Origin: Cyanophora paradoxa CCMP329
Lineage: Eukaryota; Plantae; Glaucophyta
Length of the DNA: 64,000 nt
Direction: 5' to 3'
Assembly (NCBI GenBank): GCA_004431415.1
Contig: QPMI01000577.1
Span: 44,985 to 108,984 of the forward strand
Under the pieces are notes generated by a model, which did no database searches, was not told the origin of the DNA, and was given only the letters and a program-made list of their open reading frames with translations. Positions 51,401 to 60,400 of this stretch are shown piece by piece. Numbering within the stretch: the first letter of the stretch is position 1; every line of letters starts with the position of its first letter. The position numbers and the translations under genes are program-made.

Positions 51401-54400
51401 TTTACATCCTGATTTAGTCGAAATGGATAGGCACCTTTTGCCTTTGTATAGCAATGTGAAAGACCTTGGAATTCGAACCAGGCAATGGCGAAATATCCAT
51501 GGCAGTAATGTGTATGCAAATGGTGAGAAGCTTGTAAGTGAGAAGACCATAAGAGAGATCTTTGAGTATTATGGACCTGTCCCAGTTCCCTTCCCTCTTC
51601 CATGGGATCCACCGGATTTAACACCAAAGAAGCAGCCTGGAAGAGAATACACAGCAACTGAAGATGTAGCCTTTGGGCAGCATATTGTTAGTTGGGAGCA
51701 AGTTCGCAATAAACCGATAATTGAACCCAGAAAGCAAATAGATGAGCAGTATTTACCTCCTGAAGTCGATATTTTAGAGCTTGATGAATATCAATTCGTT
51801 CCAGATGAGGAGGAGTATTTACCAGATGGTTTTGACCCACAAGAATATGAATATGATCAGTATGACCCCAATGAGGAGGAGATACTACCAGATGGCTTAG
51901 ATCCTCAAGAGTATGAGTATGAGCAGAACTATGAACCTGATGAGGAGTATTTACCAGATGGTCATGATCCACCAGTTGTTGACTATGAGCAACCTTATGA
52001 ACCCCATGAGGAATTATTACCAGATGGATTTCGACCTGAGATCTGGGAGTTCTTTCCTGATTATGAACAAATTAATAATAAACCTGCAAAGTATCCCCCA
52101 GAGGATCACAATCATGATTGGGATGAGATCTTAGGCAAACCTCAAAAGTATCCACCAGAGGATCACAGGCATGATTGGGGTGAAATTGATGGATACCTAC
52201 TGAGTTCCCACCAAGCAAACATGAACATATTTGGGATGAGATCAATGACCAACCAGAATTTGCAAAGGTAGAGCCTCTTGATAACTTGGGGTTTCTCTTT
52301 ACCAGACTTGCAATGTCCCTGAAAGAATCTTTTTGAATGAACACTATGTACATGTGAATGGGACACTTGCGAATTCAGCTATGAGAGGACCACTTCATAT
52401 TAGGACATTACCAGGCTCTTTTGAAACCCCACCACCACCAGGAGCAACCATACCAAATATCTTTGTGTCAAGCTACATGGAGGCTGACATTCCCACAGAT
52501 ACATTCAGAGTCCCAACAGACCCAGCAACCTACCAAAATTACAACTCTGCTATACAGGTTCATGTAGCAGATGTAAGCAGCTTAGATGGCTCAAGACCAA
52601 TGATAGTATTCAGTCGAGATAAATATTCCTACATTCCCATAGTGGGAACTGCAAATGATAACTATGGGAGGGCAGAGCTTGCATGGATTAAAACAGATTA
52701 TGGTGGGGTTCTGGAAGCTAATCAGAGGATGGCTGCAAAAAACATACACAATGAGAACATTTCGAGAGTGGTCACAGAGGATTACCTTACTGCAGTAATC
52801 CTTGTTAATTTGTAACCCTTGCTATGCTTGATCAATTTATTACAGAAGCTGAACTTGCAGCAGAACTATCCAAATATCTCCCTCTTGTGGGTGGGACAAT
52901 CACAGGAAACCTCACAGTTAATAGTAATATTTACAGCAGCAATATAGTGACCAGCAACCTAAAAGTAAATGGAATCCTCACAATTGGCTCTTGCAATTTC
53001 AATACCATGAATCAGGTTTACGAAGAATGGTATGATGTCCCGCCAAGCTTTGATCCAGCATCAAATATCTCGAACTGCATTTTTGCTTGGAAGGCATCAG
53101 GAGTACCAGGTCAATCAGCAATGTATACAACTATAGTAAGCAGAGTCCCGAATTCAGTTGTTCCAGACTTGTTTATCTACGGAGCCAGTTCCTATTACAC
53201 CAATCCCGAAATCAACAACCAAGTTAGTGTTTCAAGCCCAACAGGCACTTTTTATGCATATACCTCTGCTACAAGAACTATTGATTTCTCAAATGGGCTT
53301 ACATTTTTCTTTGTGGGAAAATATCATCCAACTGCCTCTTCTATGCAAGTTCATTTGAGACTTTACAGAAGCACCTTTCCATCACGATATTGTTATTATG
53401 GGGCAACATCTTCTACTGCTATTGGAATGAACCAGTTTACTATTAATGGAGTATCCCAAAACCGCCCAGTTATTACGGTTCCTTCTTTAATAAATACATG
53501 GTATTACACTGACCAAACAATTACTTCCAGCAGCTACACAGTCGGGTTAAATGGAGTAGATATTCAAACACTTGTAGGAACAAATTATCTACCAGATAAT
53601 ACTGTCAATCATTTCGGATTTGGTAATATTGTGAATGGTGGTATTTCCGAGTTGATTGTTTTCAATAGGGCTTTGACAACTTCTGAAAAGAATGCTGTGA
53701 GGTATTACATTCAACAAAAATATGGATTCACTCATACCCAGACTCTGAATATTTACAGAGGATTAAAAATAACCTCACCTGATACTGTAATAGATTACCT
53801 TACAGTTACAAGCAATGCAAATTTACCACATCATCCAACCTCTAATGTGGTTCAAGGTTGGATTCAAAATCACACTCACACAAAAGCCCAGATTACAGAT
53901 TTTGCCCATACTCACACAAAAGATCAGATCACAGATTTCGCCCACACTCATTTATGGGCAGACCTCACAGACAAACCGCTGACTTTTGCTCCTTCTGCGC
54001 ATACTCACACAAAGTCAGAGATAACAGACTTTGCACACACTCATTTATGGGCAGACCTCACCGATAAACCATTAACGTTTGCTCCTTCTGCGCACACTCA
54101 CACAAAGTCTCAAATTACAGATTTCGCCCATTCTCATACGAAGTCAGAGATAACAGATTTCGCCCATACTCATTTATGGGCAGACCTCACTGATAAACCG
54201 CTCACGTTTACTCCTTCTGCGCACACTCACACAAAGTCTCAAATAACAGATTTCGCCCATACTCATTTATGGGCAGACCTCACTGATAAACCGCTCACGT
54301 TTACTCCTTCTGCGCACACTCACACGAAGTCTCAAATTACAGATTTCGCCCATTCTCACACAAAGTCAGAGATTACAGATTTTGCACACACCCATTTATG

Positions 54401-57400
54401 GGCAGATCTCACAGACAAACCGCTCACGTTTACTCCTTCTGCGCACACTCACACAAAGTCTCAAATTACAGATTTCGCCATTCTCACACAAAGTCAGAGA
54501 TTACAGATTTTGCACACACCCATTTATGGGCAGATCTCACAGACAAACCGCTCACGTTTACTCCTTCTGCGCACACTCACACAAAGTCTCAAATTACAGA
54601 TTTCGCCCATTCTCATACAAAGTCAGAGATAACAGACTTTGCCCACACTCATTTATGGAATGACATCACAGACAAACCATCAACGTTTGCCCCTTCTGCG
54701 CACACTCATGATTACTTGCCTCTCACAGGAGGAACAATTTCCTCAAATCTTACGATTTCATCCAACTTGAATGTTATAGGAAAAATTCAAATTGGAGACA
54801 AAAATACAAACATTGATGTATACTATGACGCACCCTATTATCCTGTTACTTCTAATACAGACCCCGCTTTTGCCATACCAGATTGCCTCTTAACAATAAG
54901 ATTAGATGTTGTCCCTGTCGGCATAAACATCAGTCACGCCTTTATTGCAAATAGAGCAACTACGGCAATTCCCTTTATTTCCGGGTAACCTTCCATGGTC
55001 AGGATACAACACAATAACTCAATTGAGATCTGATTACAATAACCGAAACATTGCCCAACAACCTACTTATTCATATACAAGCCGGGAATTTGGAATGCCG
55101 TATCCCGTAACTGTGGATTGGTCAAAAGGTATCACCATCTTCTTTGCAGGTTCTTATAGATTTTGGGGACCGTGGGTAGATCTCTTAAATTTTAGTTCAC
55201 CAGATGGAACTAATAAAGTATCCTTTGGGACAACAGGTAGCAGTATGGGTATACATTCTTATACAAGCAATGGTGTGACTTACCCAGCAGCACACTTAAA
55301 TTATCCCACATCGTATTCTGAGTTGTCGCCGAATCATTGGGACTTTACAGTTTCTTCAAATGTCTGCACTTTCGGATTTAACGGACAAGATTTAGGCACA
55401 GTCATTACAGAAGTGGATTATCTTCCACCTTCCACTTTTAGTAGGATGGGTGTTGCCTATTTCATTACGGCAGTAGGGAATATATTATATTCAACAGAGC
55501 ATTGACATTTGATGAAAGGCAAAAAGTGAGATATTATATGCAAGATTATTTTGGCTTTCCAAAAAAGCAAACAATCGTTATTCCTGATAATCTACGCATT
55601 TCTGCTGAAAATGTTCATATTAGAAATTTAATCGTTTCTTCAAATGCAAGCATTCCAAACTATACCACATCAAATGTGGTTCAAGGTTGGATACAGAACC
55701 ACACACCTGCGTGGTCAAATATCACAGACAAACCGTTAACGTTTGCTCCTGATGTTCATACTCACACAAAAGACCAAATATCAGACTTTTCCCATTCTCA
55801 TTTATGGAATGACATCACAGACAAACCGTTAACCTTTGCTCCTGCTGCTCACTCTCATTTATGGGCGGACATCACAGACAAACCATTAACATTTGCACCT
55901 GCTGCTCACTCTCATTTATGGGCGGACATCACAGACAAACCATTAACATTTGCACCTGCTGCTCATACTCATGATTGGATAGGTATTACAAATAAACCTT
56001 TGCTGTTTCCGCCCGATGCTCATACACACCCTTGGAGTAGTATAACAGAAAAACCATTAACATTTCCGGCAACAGCTCACACTCATTTATGGAATGATAT
56101 TACAGACAAACCAACATTTGCAACTGTTGCGACAACCGGAAATTATGATGATTTAATTAACAAGCCAACATACACAGCGCCCACAAATTTTGACGCTACA
56201 AGTATTATTCCACAGATCGCACAGGTGATTGGAGAAATTACAACGGAGGAATATTGACAGGGGACACAAATACTTGGGCGAACACATGGGCTGCTTCTGA
56301 TGAAGATTGTAGTAGCTGTAAAATGTATTGGAATGTCCCAACAGGAATGAAATCTTGTTATATCTATTATGCTTGTCATTACAATTGTAGATACTTTGAT
56401 GTGGTGGGAATTTATCCTCCAACAACTGTGTATACATATTTACGAGTAAATGCCTATTCTACTGCAATCGACCCATCAAAGGAATTCAAACAGTATGTTG
56501 GAATAAATTGTGAAGGACTAACCAAAGTTGGTGTTCATGGACAGAAAGGAAGAATTTATTTACCCGGTCCAATTGCTGTTGGATGGAGCAAAAACCCTGC
56601 TGTAACTTCACACAGTGGTTACTGTCATTGGGATAATATCTTCGGAAAACCAACAGCTTCAACATCTGTCGGTCCTCACTCACACAGCAAAGCAGATATC
56701 ACAGATTTTGCACATACTCACACAAAGGCAAATATTACAGATTTTGCCCATACTCACACTAAATCAGAAATCTCAGATTTGCCTTCTTTTGATCCATTCA
56801 CAGCCAATACGATCACAGCAAATAATACTATGTATGTAGGATCGGGTTCAATAGTAACTCCTGCATCACCCACAAACCAAGAAACATGGTTCTTCCACAA
56901 TTCCGCAAACTTTTATGATAAAACACTGCTCTGTCGTGGAAATGCTTATGCAAGAGCATTTTATGCGATGAATGCAGGAACCACAAACACAATCAGCCAA
57001 GTTCCATCTTGGTATGATATAGAAAGACGTTTCAAATCAGGAAAATATCAAGCCACAAGTGGTGTTATAAGCGCGGGTCAAACAACACAGCATGCATATG
57101 TTTTATATTGGACCCACCTTTTTACACTCAGACACCTGTTGTAAATGCCACACTTCAAGGAACTCCTGCAACAAACCCAGGGATGTAGATTTTAGAATTG
57201 GAATCTCAAACTCCACAGCTAACTACACAACAATCTATGTGACATTCATAGCATCCCCTACTCTATCTGAAAGTCGAAGTATTACTTGCACAATCCATTG
57301 GACAGCATATGGAATCCCATAATAAATGCATATTTCGCATTATTTTTCTTTCCTTCTTAGTAAAAGAAGCAATGGTGAATATAATCGAGTTCAACTGCCT

Positions 57401-60400
57401 ATATATTCCCTTGGATCCCCTGCAATGCATTTTCGCCAGCATGAAGTAAATGATGAGGTTCGTGGTTTAGAATCCACAGAGAGACCCAATTCCAATGGTA
57501 ACTCCTTTGATAAAATTCGATTATTCGAGTAAAAGAGCTGAGAGCTGATAAGAATTCTGGTGTGGTTAAAACAACTCGACTTCTTGTCACCAATGCTAAC
57601 TTCTTCCAGCCTACAAATGGAGGTCCTGATGCTTACAGTGTTGCCCTGAAAGCCCTAGATTTCGACAAGAATACTGCTGCTGTTACTGTGAGATCAGGAG
57701 GAGCATTTATTGGGGGTGGCTGTCGAATTTCAGGTCAGCTTTCATCCTCAATTTCGTATAATGATGTCCCAGATACTCTAGAGCAAAATGTAGAAGACCC
57801 CCAACGAATTCGATTATATACTCCTGTTGCACAGCAGCCATTAATTCAATTTTACATTGGATATACTGTTACTCTTGAAAACTCGGAATTAATTGAAGGA
57901 ACCAAAAGAGTACTGAGAGGTCTTGCGATTCCATCTGCAATGCTTTCCTTTGTAGAGCCAACAACAATCAAGTAGGTCATAAATACTATTTCAATGTTCA
58001 GGGATATAATCATTTCGGTTATGGCTACTGTGTTTATAATAATAATTTCACCTTTGACTTGTTTGTTACAGATATTGGGTTATATACTATAACTCTTATC
58101 GGTTTGAGAACAGATATAGCCGCTGTATCAGCTCTTAGAGGTGTAACTCCTGATACTCTTTCAGTTACAGGGTTTTACATGGAGCCAGATGTAATTGATG
58201 ACCCAACCCCATAAAAGATATATCCCTTTAATGTAAAATGGCTGAGCAACCCCACTTGAACGAATTATTACACCTCAACTATCATTAGCTGCCCCAGCAA
58301 ACCATGTTTTACAGCATGCTACCTTTGATGATGTAGAGGGTCTCCAATCCACAGAGGTCCAACCTACAATGAACACCTTTGGTTCCACCCACAAACTGAG
58401 ATTACAGGAACTCAGATGTGATAAAAATAATGGAATAGTTAAGACAACTAAGCTACTTGTCACAAATGCAAACTTTTCTGCTCATTATGGAGACCCAGAT
58501 AGCTATGGAGATCCTCTGTCTACTTATTCTTTTGAATCTAGGTCGGGAGCTATTAACTGCAAATCGGGGGGAGCATATATTGGGGATGGTCTTAGGGTTG
58601 GTGGGGCTGTTGGAGCGCCTTTATTTGTGAATGATCAACCCAATCCTATTGATCCCAATACAAGAATTCGAACCTATGTCCCCAGCATGAATGCCCCATA
58701 CATTATAAAGATATTCCCCATTGTTGTAAATGAACAAACAGCAGTAGTAGACTCTCTTGTTGAAATTGGTGACCACTACAAGGTAGTTGTGGATATCCCA
58801 CCAGATGTATATGCTGTATGTCAAGTAGAGGGTGGAACTCCTAATTTTGCAGTTGTGATCACCCCATATGATAATTTGGTATTGCTTATCATGGAGTCAA
58901 TTTCGGTTTGGAAGACTATCAGTTTCTGGTGAGAGCCACCAAGTTTGGTATCTACAAGTGTGTATTATATGCTGAGAGAACCGATTTTATTGCAAGGCAG
59001 AATACCTATGCTGAGTATTATGGCACAAATCGATATTTCCCCATTTTTGGACAGGATACTGCTCCATAAGAATATTGGTTATATATAGAGTATGGATAGT
59101 AAAACAAAAAAGTTTATTGATGCTGCTATGACAGTTCATGGTAAAGATAAATTCGATTACAGTGAGACACATTACATCAAAGCTCAAGAGAAAGTATCTG
59201 TGAGATGTTTGCAGTGTAATAAGGTGATCCTTACCTATCCCTTTAATCATGTGAAGGGATCAGGTTGCAGGACTGTAACAAAAGAAAGAGTCAAGCACAC
59301 AGGAAAAGAGCTACTTCATCAATCAGAGTAGAGTATAGGGATATTTGCATTAGGTTTGACTAGTTAATTTTTCTAAGGTATTCTTAATGGAGACTAAATA
59401 CAGAGGCTTTCATGTTATGCTTGATTACAAGGCTAAATCAGCTATAGCAACAGGTTATGAGCATGTTAGCTTCCTAGGTAATTGGATTATGGGAACCCTT
59501 GAACAAGCTATACTGAGACAAGGTATTAGGATTGTTCATAAACACTGTGAGATATTTGATGGCAAAGTATCACCTCCTGGGTTTGCATTAGTTCTGCTCT
59601 TAGATGAAAGCCATTGCACAGCTCATTGTTATTCCAATGAAGGCATGTTAGCAATTGATATATTCAGTTGTGGTAAAGAAGCTCAGCATAAAACACAATC
59701 TGTTGCAGATGAGATCGATAAAACAATGAATTTCCTCACATTTGAGAAGACTGAGAGACATAAACATGATAGATTCCCGTTTTGATGGGTTTCTATAATG
59801 AATTTTAAAGGATTCCTTTGTTTTCTAACAATAACATTGATAAGCTACTGTAACAAAAAGATATAATATATCCTTTCACTACAGTAGCTTTATACAATGA
59901 TTATTTTCCGGATTCCGGACATTTTTACGATAGAATTCTATTTTAAGTAATTGGAATAATGTTCGATTTCATTACAGTAAAATTCAACATTCCCCTAGAT
60001 TCCCCCTATTACCCTATTATTTAAGTGGACTCAAGGTTGACTCATATTAATCGTAAAAGTAGTAAAAGTATATGGATTTTGTTACGAATTCAATGCAAGG
60101 GTTGACTAAGTGGGTTGAGTTGACTCAAATTCACAGGAAATAACAATGAATCAGAGTATAAATGCATTTTTGAATCAACTACACCAACTAACACTGAGAT
60201 TTTAACAATATATGAGATCCTTACTGAATATGGTAAGTGTCACAGGTGTCACAGGTCTATCCAAAGTTTCTCCTATAAAGAGTAAATTTTCAAAAGTTTG
60301 GGATGGACCTGTGACACCTGTGACACTCGATTATTTAATTTGTTTATTCAATTAGAAATACATAGATAAGATTATTACTGAGTTTTTCATTATAAAAGAG

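Noticed and set aside
53870-57322. Diversity-generating retroelement acting on the fibre
   Set aside because: No reverse transcriptase and no template/variable repeat pair with adenine-specific differences
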